Source: Octopus vulgaris (taxonomy: Eukaryota). Taken from it: a stretch of DNA of 64,000 nt. Both the position numbers and the translations under genes were made by a program. The stretch lies in the NCBI GenBank assembly GCA_951406725.2, contig OX597823.1, positions 36,580,001-36,644,000 of the forward strand. The letters are read 5' to 3'. Shown one piece after another: positions 52,730 to 64,000 of this stretch; within the stretch, counting starts at the first letter, position 1, and the number at the start of each line of letters is the position of its first letter. The notes beneath the pieces were generated by a model. The model saw nothing but the letters and a program-made list of their open reading frames with translations. It was not told where the DNA came from and made no database searches.

Positions 52730-52998
52730 TCAACAGAACAGCCTCTTTGTGAAATTAATGTGAGAGTGGCTGAGAACTCCACAGATATGTGTACCCTTAA
52801 TGTAGTTCTGAGAGAGATTCAGTGTGACACAGACTGTGACAAGGTTGGTCCTTTGAATTTTAGATACAACTCATTTTTGCCAGCTGAATGAACTGGAGCA
52901 ACATGAAATAAAGTGACTTGCTCAAGGACTTAAATACACTATTAGGCATCAAACCCATAATCTTACGATCCTGAGTCAAACATTCTAATCACTAAGCC
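52730..52998 (-). mobile_element. tRNA-derived SINE (further family)
   Basis: Minus-strand head ggcttagtgattagaatg..gggtttgatgcc (A and B boxes) followed by ccttgagcaagtcacttt. Confidence 0.75.
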
Positions 52999-54015
52999 TT
53001 TTGTCTTCATATATTTCTACATGATTCAAAGAGTATTAACTGTAGACAGTATATGTCAAGTTAAAATGCATGTTCCAAAAATTCATATACAACTACTGAA
53101 ATTTTCTGATTCTGCAATAAAGCGGTAAAAATATTTACACATGGTTCAAGAATGGTTTTGCTCTCTGAAAGAAAAAATTGTCATCTGCCTTGGCTTCATC
53201 TTATCTCCAAACTTAAATCAAATTATGTGAGGGCGTGGAGGAGGAGGAATTGGAGGAATTTTGAAATGGTGGCTGTTCGGCAGTGAAGGTGTGAATGAGT
53301 GTGTCCCAGGTGAAAGTTTGGAGCAGTAAATGAAATATGAATCAGTGGCAGAAGAGGATGGTTATGATGAGTTTGGCCATGAATGAGACTGACAAAATAT
53401 TTAAAAGGCATGCATGTGAACACGCGTGTGCGCGCACACACACACTAGGTTTTTTTAAAAATAATTTTGTTAAAAATTGGAAATATTTTTTAACATACTG
53501 GAGTTGAATTAAAGATTGAGTTGAACAGCTGCAAATGTCACAAACTCTGGAATTTATCTAACTTCTTAGGTTTGTCATAACTCTGTTATATCTTTTACAT
53601 CTTTATAGGTGTTATCTTATAATTATTATTGTTATTTACTATTTTACTGTCTGACACTATACAATTGTCTGTGTTATTGGTGTTTTATGTAGTTATATTA
53701 CTTGTTCATTGTTTTTTATGTATGACGTTGTTTTCATGTTTTATGGTAATTCAGTTTTGAATTGATAATCTAGAAGTTAAGATTTTAAAACGTTTATTTA
53801 CTCAAACAGTTTTTTATGTTTCTTTTATGAGTTTTAATTTCATTTCTAAATATTGACTTTCTCCCAACATACAACACACAACAGAAAATCTGCCACAAAT
53901 TTCATATCTTCTCAGTTTCCAAAGAGTTGTTTTTGTTACAACAAAGTCATGCCTTGTTTAGTGTTATCATTCTGTGCTGTTATTGAGTCTACCAAGTTTA
54001 GACTAAAATCAAATA

Positions 54016-56279
54016 CAAAGCAACCTCAGTTCTTGAATGTCTCACATATCAAACAAATCCATTTTCAAACAGAAAATTCGAGATGAGAATGCCTTGGTTA
54101 TTGAACAAAATTTCAGTTCTCAAACAACATTGCTGAACTCAGCTGAACTGAATTAACCCAAACGGAATCATTTCTGTGTCAACCACTGTGTTGTATACAT
54201 TTCTGCGTTGTGCTGTGTTTTACTTTTCCAATTTTATTGTACTGTGCCTTTTTTCTCTTCATTAGCCCTTAGTCATGGCTCCAAAGAAAGCTAGCAGTGA
54301 TACTGATAAAGGAAAAAGAAAAGATGAGAGAAAAACAATTGAAGTGAAGAAAGAAATCATTGCAAGACACGGAAATGGTGTTTGAGTGTCAAATCTCACT
54401 GAGCAGTATGGTATGCCTAAACCGACAATATCTGCTATTCTAAAAAATAAGGAAGTGATAAAAGCAGCTGTTGTTGCAAAAGGAGTGACTTATTAATTAA
54501 CAAAGACCAAAGATGCTGCTTATTTTTATAAATGAGAAACAGTTAACAGGTGACAATGTCAGTGAAGCATTTATTTATGAGACAGCATTAGAAATTTATA
54601 ATGATCTGGTAAAGACAACCCCTGGTACAAGTGCTGAAAGTGATACTTTTGAATTCAAAGCTAGTAGAGGCTGGTTATAGAAATTTAAGAACAGAAGTGA
54701 CACAGTGTAATTAGGCATGAAGAGGTGGCAAGTTCAAACAAGAAAGCGACTGAGAAAGTTTTGATTGAGTTTAGTGACTTGATAAAGAAAGGAGGTTATC
54801 TTCCCCTACAGATGTTTATGGGGGATGAAACAGGATTATTTTGGAAATAAATGCCAAATAGGACCTATATTACTAAGGAGGGAAAAGCATTGCCAGGGCA
54901 GAAGCCAATAAAAGATAGACTCACTCTTTTGCTATGCGGCAACACAAGTGGTACTTTCAAGGTCAAGCTATTGCTTGTTTACCATTCCAATAATCCAAGG
55001 GTTTTCAAAAGAAAAAAAATGTTATGAAGAGTAAATTGCCTGTTATGTGGCAGGCTAATATGAAGGCTTGGATAACCAAAAAATTTTTTTAATTGAGTGG
55101 ATTCATGAAGTTTTTGCCCCGAGTATTAAAAAAAATATCTGCAAGAAAAAAACTTGCCATAAAATGCCTTCTCATGTTAGACAATGCTCCCACTCACCTT
55201 CCAGGTTTGGAGGATGACTTAGTTGAAAAGTTTGATTTTATTCAGGTCAAATACCTTCCACCTAACACAACTCCTCTAATACAACCAATGGACCAACAGG
55301 TTGTTGCAAACTAAGAAACTTTACATAAAAGCCCTGTTTTGTAAGTGTTTTCAAGTCACTAATGACACTCAGTTAATTCTCAGAGAATTTTGAAAAAATC
55401 ATTTCCGTATCCTGAATTGTGTTTATCTTATTGATAATGCATAGAACCAAGTGAGTTATAGAACCATGAATTCAGTTTGGAGGAAACTTTGGCCAGACTG
55501 TGTACTATAATGAGACTTTGAGGGGTTTGAGACAGCTACAAGTACTGCTGCTGTCAAAGAAATTGCTATTGTTGAAGATATTGTCTCTATGGGAACAACA
55601 ATGTACTTGGATGTCAACAGTGAAGATATTGAAGAGCTGGTGGAAGACCACGGTTCCGAGCTTACCACCAAAGAACTTGCACACCTTCAAAATGAACAGC
55701 AAAAGACTTTGGCTCAGGAAATGTCTTCTGGGGAGGAGGAAGGAAAGGAGGATGTTGCAACTTCTTTAATCAAAGAAATTTGTGCTAAATGGGTTGATGT
55801 GCAAAGTTTTGTGGGAAAATATCGCCCTGATACAGTGATAGCAAATAGAGCAGTAAACCTTTTCAATGACAATGTCTTGTCTCATTTTAGAAAAATTTTA
55901 CAATGCAGGCAAAACAACTAACATTGGACAGGTTTTTACTGAAAGAAAAAAGAAAAGAAACCCCAGAGAAAGATTTACCTGAACCAAATAGACAGAGAAG
56001 GGAATCCCCTTCCCTGAAAACAGTTACCAGACGTTTTTATGGAAGGGGATACCCCTTCTAAGAAATAACACACTTTTGTGTGTTATTTACAGTTTGAATA
56101 AACGTTTTTCTACTAAAATATTTAGTGTAAGCATGTGAATAAGCATTCATCTGGTGCTTGGAAATGAGTTAATCTCTTTTACATAAATTTTAATGGGAAA
56201 AAATGATTTGGTTCTTGAACAATTCAGTTTTAGAACAGACTTTCAGAACAAATTATGGTTGAGGACCTAGGTTCTTCTG
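54016..56279 (+). mobile_element. Full-length decayed Tigger/pogo transposon (2.26 kb)
   Basis: TA|CAAAGCAACCTCAGTTCTTGAA ... TTGAGGACCTAGGTTCTTCTG|TA, decayed TIRs. Confidence 0.92.
54275..56068 (+). pseudogene. Tigger transposase (CENP-B-type HTH plus DDE_1) with stops and frameshifts
   Basis: MAPKK..KKEII..TISAILKNK, FKASRGWL, DETGLFW, LMLDNAPTH, LPPNTTPLIQPMDQQV. Confidence 0.93.
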
Positions 56280-56439
56280 TATTTTAGGTTTTATTCAAAC
56301 TCTTCTCTCCACCACTTCTTTAGACAGTGGTCAAATCAGTCTGTGATGTGTGGTGGTGACCACATATGTCAAATTTTGGTCAAATGGTCTGTGAAGGTTA
56401 TAAATGTAACCCCATCCTTTCTTCTGACTAAACTAACCA

Positions 56440-56830
56440 GTTAACAAAGCTGGCCTTCTTCAGTGTACGGTGGACATTCTTCAGTATGAAGTTGAAACCT
56501 GGTCTCTGAAAAGGAGCTTCAAGATTACCTTCAAGATTTTTAAGAAGGGCACCAAACATCTCATTGCACTGACACAAGACTGAAAAGGAGATTTATAGAC
56601 ATATTCCACCCACCACTACTATTGTTGCTCACTGTAGAGTAGGCATTACTGGTTACTCCTAATTATGCTGCACATTAAGCCATATCAGGTGTTGTATTTT
56701 GGACATTTCCAAATGCAGGATGAAGGCTACTCAAGTACATTGCTATTGGCAGAGGGAGACATACAACATGAAATTGAAGATATACAAAATCAGTAGTGGT
56801 CAGAGATTCCTGTGAGGTGAGGACTACATT
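56440..56830 (+). pseudogene. Decayed RTE/RTE-X RT C-terminal fragment
   Basis: KLAFF..TVDILQYEVETWSL resembles TVESILLYGSETWTL. Confidence 0.5.
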
Positions 56831-59797
56831 GCAATTGTTGCTAATTGATGGAAAATAGTAGATACTTTACTGTTGTCTTCTTGATTGTAGTTTTCTTTTC
56901 ATTCATTCATCTCTTTCGTTTTATTTTTTCTGGCTAAATTACTTCATAGCCTTTTGTTTTGTTCTTCACAATTGTGATGTTTAAAATTTGTTCCTACTTT
57001 GTTAAAGTTTTAGTTTCTTAGCAGCTACTCTAGTGGATTATTTAACTCTATTTATATAACTCTATTTTGGATATTTTATTAATTGCTACAAGTTTTTTAT
57101 ACTTTTTTTAGTTTTATGACTTTTCTAGCTGTAAATTTAAGTTAATAAAACTAGTTTAGGAGCAAGACTAGATTAAAACCCATAGAGGCCCTAAGCACTT
57201 AAAAGATTTCGATGCTTCATATATATGTGGTTCAAAATATAAACAATAATAAACCATAAAATATATTTTTACTTTTCAAAAGCAATAGTAAGACAGAAAA
57301 TAATGTTTATTTTTGTATATTTTAACTATATTTATATTTGAAAAGTTTCCTCCAACTTTTTTTAATTGCAAAGTCTTTGATCAGATCCTCAAAATTAATC
57401 TTATGTACCACACCTGCTTCTATACTTAGAGATAGGGCATCCTGAATATTATTGTAGCAAGTTTAAAGTGATTCCTTTTGTACTGGTGACCCCTCCCTCC
57501 CATCCTCCCTGGTTTAGGAGTGATGACAGCTGTAGTGTTTCTGTACAAAATATTCTTTGATGAATTCCACGATTTCCATCAGCTCATTCTCAAACTAGCA
57601 GCCATTCTCATTATAGAATTAAATCTTGGATATTCTGATATCGGTATATACTCTTAGGCAAGGTAGAGGGCTCTCCTTCCCTTAGTGAAAATACTACCAG
57701 AGGTTAGTCATTAAGTTAGAAATGAAGATGGGAACTGATTCAGGCTAATTAACTGAGTATAGCAATTCCATTTGACTATCATTAATGCCCTTGAGAAGGA
57801 CATGAATATCACTCAATCTCACTACACCTATCACTGACGCTTAATCAGGTCATCTCTCTCTCTTCCCTCTGCAAATTCAGTCTATTTCGGCACTTCTCAA
57901 TGTGGAAAATTTTATATGGGCACCAGGAAAAAAGGGGATGCCAGGGAGTCTTAGATGATTCTTTACAGTTTTTTAGTCTTTGGCCTTGATTGAAATATTA
58001 ATTTTCATTGCTTGTTAGTCATCATCACCAGCAACAATTACAATATTAGTAATAATGATGGACTTTGAAATATAAAATAAATAAATTAACATAATCTGTG
58101 TTTGTAAATAATAAACAATATGCGTAAGTATAATTGTAAAAATTAGTTGGTATTTCCACACATACAATAAAGGTAGCCACTGCACTTCTAGTGTTAGGTC
58201 ATGTCTCAACTTGAAATATGCAAATATATTGATATGTAAATGTTTGTTGTTGATTCTAGCTATGAGTATAAACAGAATTTTAAACTTTCATATGGGCAGA
58301 GAAATTAATGTTTGTGGATAATATAGAAAATGGAATATAAGAATGTTTCAACTGGTTTCCACACAGGGTATAATATGAAGCACAAAGAATATATACCTGA
58401 GTTTGTTTGAAGTCACAAGCTAAAATTTGGGGCTGGTAGTCACCTGTATCAAACTAGTACCAGAATCAAATTACCCTGGCCTAATAATATGTGTATATGT
58501 AATGACTAAAAAGAGTTTGAGAAGCATTAACCTATCTGAAAAATAGTAGGTGTACAATATCTGTTATGACATTTTCTGTTAATATTTGTAGAATTAATTA
58601 TATTAAAGCAGAGCAAGAAATAATAAGGCCAAAAAAGTGCAGAAGAACAAAAAAAAAAAAAATGATATTACTCATTTGAAATTTTGGATAAAACTAAAAA
58701 TATTAGTACCATTAATTCAGAAAACATCATAGCTCTCAAATCCAACAAGCTTATTATATTTCTTTTTATATTAACTCTTTTCTGCCATGAAGAGTCCTTA
58801 ATTATTTTCATGAATTCTCTATTTGCTACATAAAATCAGTTTTATTGGAAAGGTTGTTTCTTTGTTGTCGTATCTCTGGTGAATTTTAATCGAATGTTTC
58901 TAAACTTAGTTTATAAAGCACTATTCTAAATTTCATTTTATGTTCATCTGTCAGAATTTGTCTCTGGGAATTACTAAAATTTCTTCTTAAAAAAATCTTG
59001 TAGCATGTATCTTCATGTAAACATCATGTCAAAAATATTGCTAAGCTATATTTATTTAAAATTTAGCTGTTTGATGGCATTATCTATTGAAGCAAATCTT
59101 TAAGTTTGATATCTTTTGGCTTATACTTAAGAATATATTCTGGGATTCTTGCACAGGTTCCTGCTTCCTGTGTTTTTCTTCTGTATTAATCACAATTTAA
59201 ATGTATGTTCCTTGTATAATTTTCTAGATGAATTCTGAAGTTAGATGCATATATTTATTTATAGAGTGTGTGTATGTGTGTGTTTGTGCATGCATACACA
59301 TACATCTCTATCTCTCTCTTCCTCCAACCTGCTCTTGATGTTCACTTTTGGTTATGTAGGTGTTGATTAAAAACTGTTTTACTACAAAGATAAAGTCCTC
59401 CCCAAGAGATACTTAAGCAACTTCTGTATGCTTTATTAAAAGAAAACTATCATAAAAGATATAAACATGCACAAACAAGTATACATGTATGAAGGTGTGT
59501 ATAAAGGGAGGTGTATGTGATACCTATTTCCCTTTTTTTTTGTCTATATTTTGGGATTTTATGTTTTTAAAGAATTATATTTTGTGTTTACTTGATAAAA
59601 TTTATTATGAATTAATATTTTTATTTTCTCATTTTCTTTCATAAATCCTGTTCTTGGTTAAATTTCTTTTTAACTGTTCTTTATTCTCCTTTTTGTTGGC
59701 TGTAAATTAAAGAATATTTTGTCTATTGTAGCGATTGTACATGGCATTTTTAAAACTATTTCTCTGTTGCTACATTTTAATTGAGTAAAAACCTCTC

Positions 59798-59829
<32 letters not shown>

Positions 59830-61740
59830 GTAGTGTTTTATTGAACTGAAGATGTTCTCACATTGGAAACAAGGAGTACAGAATAATATTTACAGATTAT
59901 TTACCCGCAGTTGTTAGTAAGGCAGAAAGCAGTAATTGTACATAGTTGACAATGACATTGTGTTGGTATGTTTGTCACTTGTTGCTTGTTGTGTTCTACT
60001 GGTAGAGAGAGAAAGAGTAAGGATTGCACTCTGCTGACAGAGAGGAAGAAAGGATAGATGGCATTGTTTTTTTTTTATTCTACAAACACAAAAGATTCCA
60101 CCTTTGTTTGACAAGCAACAAGCAAGTGGATTCAATTTCAAATCTCAGGCAGGGCCAAGCAAGGTCCCTACATATTTACTGAAAGTAAGTTATGAAAATA
60201 TATAAAACAATCATGAAGTTTTGTGACACTTATTGTATTGTTGTTGATGGTGATAGTTTGTGTAGAATTAATCCATTTCTTTATCTATTCAATGCATGAC
60301 CCATAGGTATAATGGATTATATGGGTTTGTTGTAGAGGAATTAGGATTAACATAAACTAATCTGATATTAACTTCATATCACTGAGCTTGTCAGAAACCC
60401 CTGTTATCAGAGAGTTCACATTTAGAGTGAAGCCTCAATCACAAACTTGGCATTATGTAAATGATAATGATTAATTTCTGCTGGTAAATATTTTTTTAAG
60501 GTTTTATTCCAAACAAAGAAATTAAAAAAAGAAAAAAAATAGTTGAGTGAACCCTTCCAAATTCTTGGAAAATTAATTGGAGCATGTAAAAATATGATCA
60601 TGAAAGAGTTGAATTAGGAAACCAAAGTGTGGAATTGACAAGTATGTGAAACAAAAATCTTGAGATTTACCAACTGAGAATGAACCTGTAAAACTGCTTC
60701 TCATGTTCTGAAACGCAATGCTTTAAGCAGAAAACCCTAGTGACATGCCCAGTACGTGATTATAATGGCGTTTACTTATTGCGGAATCTGAGATGGTTAA
60801 AAGTAAGCTATACCAGCAGGAAAGGGAGAAACATATGTGAAAGATAGTTTATCAAAAGTAAAAGCATCATCTAGAAATAGAATTATATTTTTATCATCTG
60901 CAAATATATAGTTCAGGAGTAGCTGCCTATTGAAGGTTTGGTGACAGTTAACTAGAAGTGTTAGGAGGTTGATGACAGCTGGCTTGAAGTGAGGTAGGAG
61001 TGTCTACTTCTGGGTGATGACAGATGCTAGGTTATAGTGACATTTGGCTGGAAGTCTAATGGTGTGAGGGTGTAATCAGGCCTAAAGTTTTAAGATGGGA
61101 TAATAGAGGTCAGCTTGTTACTTTGGCAGTTGAAAAAGTCTTTCAGGATATTATGACAGTATAGTTATGATTGCTCAATAAGGTCAAGGAAGTTGTACCA
61201 TCTAAGTTTGGAGAATATCATCAATAAAGAGTCAATACTTATATTTATATTGTTCAATGTTGTGATCAACACTATTTAAAATCTCAATCAGTTAAGATCC
61301 ATAGTTTCCACATTATACTTCAAACTGAACATCAGGTATTTGAAATAACCAGGAGAGTGGATTTGCTGTAAAGATTTTACATTGGTATGATTAATGACAT
61401 GCACTATATACTTGTTCTTTATTTCAGCTTTATTATTATTCTTATTTTAGTGTCCTTTGTCTGAAATCTTTCATCACACATCCTGTGACTGCCTGCAGGA
61501 TGGAGAGTTGCTGAAGAGGTCACAAGATGTGTGATGAATGATTTTAGACAAGGACACTAAAGTAAGAATAATAATAAAGCTGGAGTGAAGACGAAGTATA
61601 TAGTGCATGTACTTAATTGGCAAAAATATTGCAGTATTTGTTTCAACACACAATTTCACATCAGGAATGTTGCGAAACAAATACATAAACATAAAATGAT
61701 TTTATGATATCAACTAAGAACTGTAATCAGATGTTATATT

Positions 61741-61864
61741 ATACATTTTTATTACATTTATGAAGGACTATTTTCTATCTGTTCTGGAAATATTATACAC
61801 TTTTAGCATTATATTTCCAGAAGGGTTAAAAGATAGTCCTTCAAGAAATGTAATAAAAGTGTAT
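61741..61864. repeat. Compact hairpin with ~56-bp imperfect arms and an 11-nt loop
   Basis: 61741-61796 pairs with 61808-61864. Confidence 0.85.
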
Positions 61865-61894
61865 ATTATTTCTGTCAAAGTAAAAACCAAATTA

Positions 61895-63552
61895 TCTATA
61901 TACTACTAAAACTCCCTGATTGCTTGCTTGCTTGCTTGCTCTTTTGCTTGTCTGTCATTTAATACAGCCAAACTGACACATAATGGGAAAATACTGTGAA
62001 TTAAGGTACTCCTGAAATGTGAATGCAAATATAATAAAACAAGTCTCCTGAGATATGGAGTGGTTTTGGAGTATTCATAAATATCCAAAACAGTGCATAA
62101 TAACATAACCCTGAAAGGGAAGAAACTGTAACCTTTCGATTAGAGACATGATCAATGTCTTGTGTATTTTGAAGTGAAACTTCATATCCTGGGCAAAAGT
62201 CTTAGTGACTTTAACTTGCCAATGAAAAAATATGAGTTGTTTTTACAGAAAATGTTTCTGTTTTCACTTTTGTTAAACACAATATTTTAATCATGTAGAA
62301 ATATTTTTAAGTGAATGTGATTTCAAAAATACAAGTTGTTTGTACAGTAAACATTTATATTTTAGTTTTCTTTAAATAGACAATATTTTAATTTTAAAAA
62401 AAATTCTTTTCAAGGGTAAATATTTTGTAAAGGATCTGTTTGTAATTTGGTGTGAATTTTCTTCCACAGGTTTTCTTGAGTGCATTCAGTGTACCTGACC
62501 TCCAAACCTGCCACAAGCCACTTTTTTTTCCAGAAAAGAAAAGGGTGGAGGGATGGGGACCTCGGAGTTTTCCAGGAAACTTTGAGTTTCTCATCAACAG
62601 TTTTGTTTCACAAGTTTTTTTTTCTTTTCCAGGTTATTTCATATGCTTTCAATGAATGTAACATCGAAATCAGACATAAACTTCTTTCCCCAGAAAAGGA
62701 AAGATTTGGCTGCTATTTCTAGCATGCTCTGATACCATGTAACTGTTATTTGCATTAAAGGACCCGGTATAGCTGTTATGTGCTAGCAAGGCATACTAGA
62801 AATAGCAGCCGAATCGTTCCTTTTCTGGGGAAAGGAGCAGTTTATACATGATTTTGATGCTACATTCGTTGAAAGCATGTGAAATAACCTGGAAAAGAAA
62901 AAAAACCCCACAAAACAAAACTCTGTTGGTAGGAAACTCCGAGATCCCCACCATACTTCTACCTCTTTCTCTTTTGGAAAAAGTGTGGCTTGTGGCAGGT
63001 TTGGAGGTCAGATACATTGAATGCACTCAAAAAAACCTATGGAAAAAAATTATTTCACACTGAGGTACGAACAGGTCCTTTATGAAATATTTACCCAAGA
63101 TGGGGACAGGCATGTGAATAGAAGGAGCAATGAAACTGATAAAGCAAGGGCTGAGCATCTGGTGGAACAGAGGGAGACAGAAGCAGGAGAGATCAGAAAT
63201 CAGACACTCGGAGAGCTGAGCATTGAGCAAAACAGAGGCGAAGAGACAAAAGCAGGAGACATCATGAATCGGATGCTCATGTGAATACAAATGGAATAAA
63301 ACAAGTTTCATGTAAATTAGATCACAGGTTACCGAGATACATAGTTTTTTCAGGTACCTTTATAAATAGCCAAACCAGTGTTTGGCTTTTTATAATGGGG
63401 AAAATGTTTTGAAAATAAGGTACCATTGAAATGTGAATACAAACAAAATAATACAAGTTTTACGTAAATCAAACCACAGCATCCTGAAACACGCAGTTTT
63501 TTTTTTGGATACCTTGAACTATTGGTGACCCAGTGGGTCATGGGTAATCTAG
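61895..63552 (+). mobile_element. Non-autonomous Helitron (1.66 kb) carrying a long foldback
   Basis: A|TCTATATACTACTAAAA 5' end followed by (GCTT)n; RepHel remnant QCLVYFEVKLHILGKSLSDFNLPM (62153-62224); 3' hairpin tgaccc-agt-gggtca then CTAG|T. Confidence 0.75.
62414..63096. repeat. Long imperfect inverted repeat (arms 62414-62727 and 62791-63096, 63-nt loop)
   Basis: Arms are reverse complements; the ORF track shows matching translations on opposite strands (62480-62722 + and 62796-63026 -). Confidence 0.95.
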
Positions 63553-64000
63553 TAGTTTACTAAAACTGTTGGAAAACTGAGATAAAAATAAGCAATATCA
63601 TCAGTTTTGAAGCAGCAGATATCAGTTCCAATTAAAAAGTTATCATCTCATCAGCATTTAATTTTTCTTTCTAGTTTCTAATTACTTTTTTTTAAAATTT
63701 GTTTTGAATCTATTTAACTTGTTGGTAGAAATTCAGATTTCTCTCACTATTTTGTGATTATTAATTAACTACAGGCTATCAATTATGAGACACTGCAACT
63801 ATTTTAACATGTGCAGTCAACCATGCTGTAGATTTTCATTACTGAAAGAATTTCACCATCTTCTGACAAACCTCTTTGTTTTTCCTTAATTTTTTTTAGT
63901 AATTTTCTTTTTTATTTTCTTGAAAAGGATAAGCTTGAAAGGTATTGTGAAAATTGTAGCTAAACACACATGCGTGCGCGCGCACACACACACACACACA

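Noticed and set aside
59911-59916. 6-nt microexon candidate (cccgcag|TTGTTA|gtaagg)
   Set aside because: Weak donor context and a short pyrimidine tract; expected by chance in 64 kb without RNA evidence.
62480-63026. Pair of paralogous convergent small ORFs
   Set aside because: The similarity is a by-product of the inverted repeat; no coding signature.
369-63541. Most ORFs in the six-frame track as host genes
   Set aside because: They are short, low-complexity or microsatellite-derived, or lie antisense to TE remnants; none has a recognisable host domain.
1-64000. CRISPR arrays, prokaryotic operons or horizontally transferred DNA
   Set aside because: No regularly spaced repeat-spacer structure, no gene-dense region and no compositional island.

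Overview
AT-rich animal genomic DNA packed with microsatellites, tRNA-derived SINEs, RTE-type LINE tails with (CAT/ATG)n ends, and decayed DNA transposons. The repeat make-up strongly resembles Octopus (coleoid cephalopod); this is an inference from recalled repeat families, not a database match. No intact multi-exon host gene can be read. Two short + strand segments with strong splice sites (13654-13701 and 39017-39043) suggest the window lies within very long introns of one gene. Almost all ORFs in the track are spurious or transposon remnants: Tigger/pogo, Tc1/mariner, piggyBac, Helitron, Ty3/Gypsy gag-protease, RTE, R4/Dong-like and THAP. The most interesting signals are structural. They are a perfect 93-bp inverted repeat 2.2 kb apart, a ~680-nt foldback inside a non-autonomous Helitron with a ~125-nt hairpin beside it, several local templated insertions, a head-to-tail Helitron dimer, a chimeric three-LTR Gypsy element lacking RT/integrase, and a piggyBac deletion derivative keeping only an intact DNA-binding CRD ORF. 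Together they suggest local sequence copying that creates intronic dsRNA (possible ADAR or small-RNA substrates); this is a hypothesis. Coordinates and identities were read by hand.
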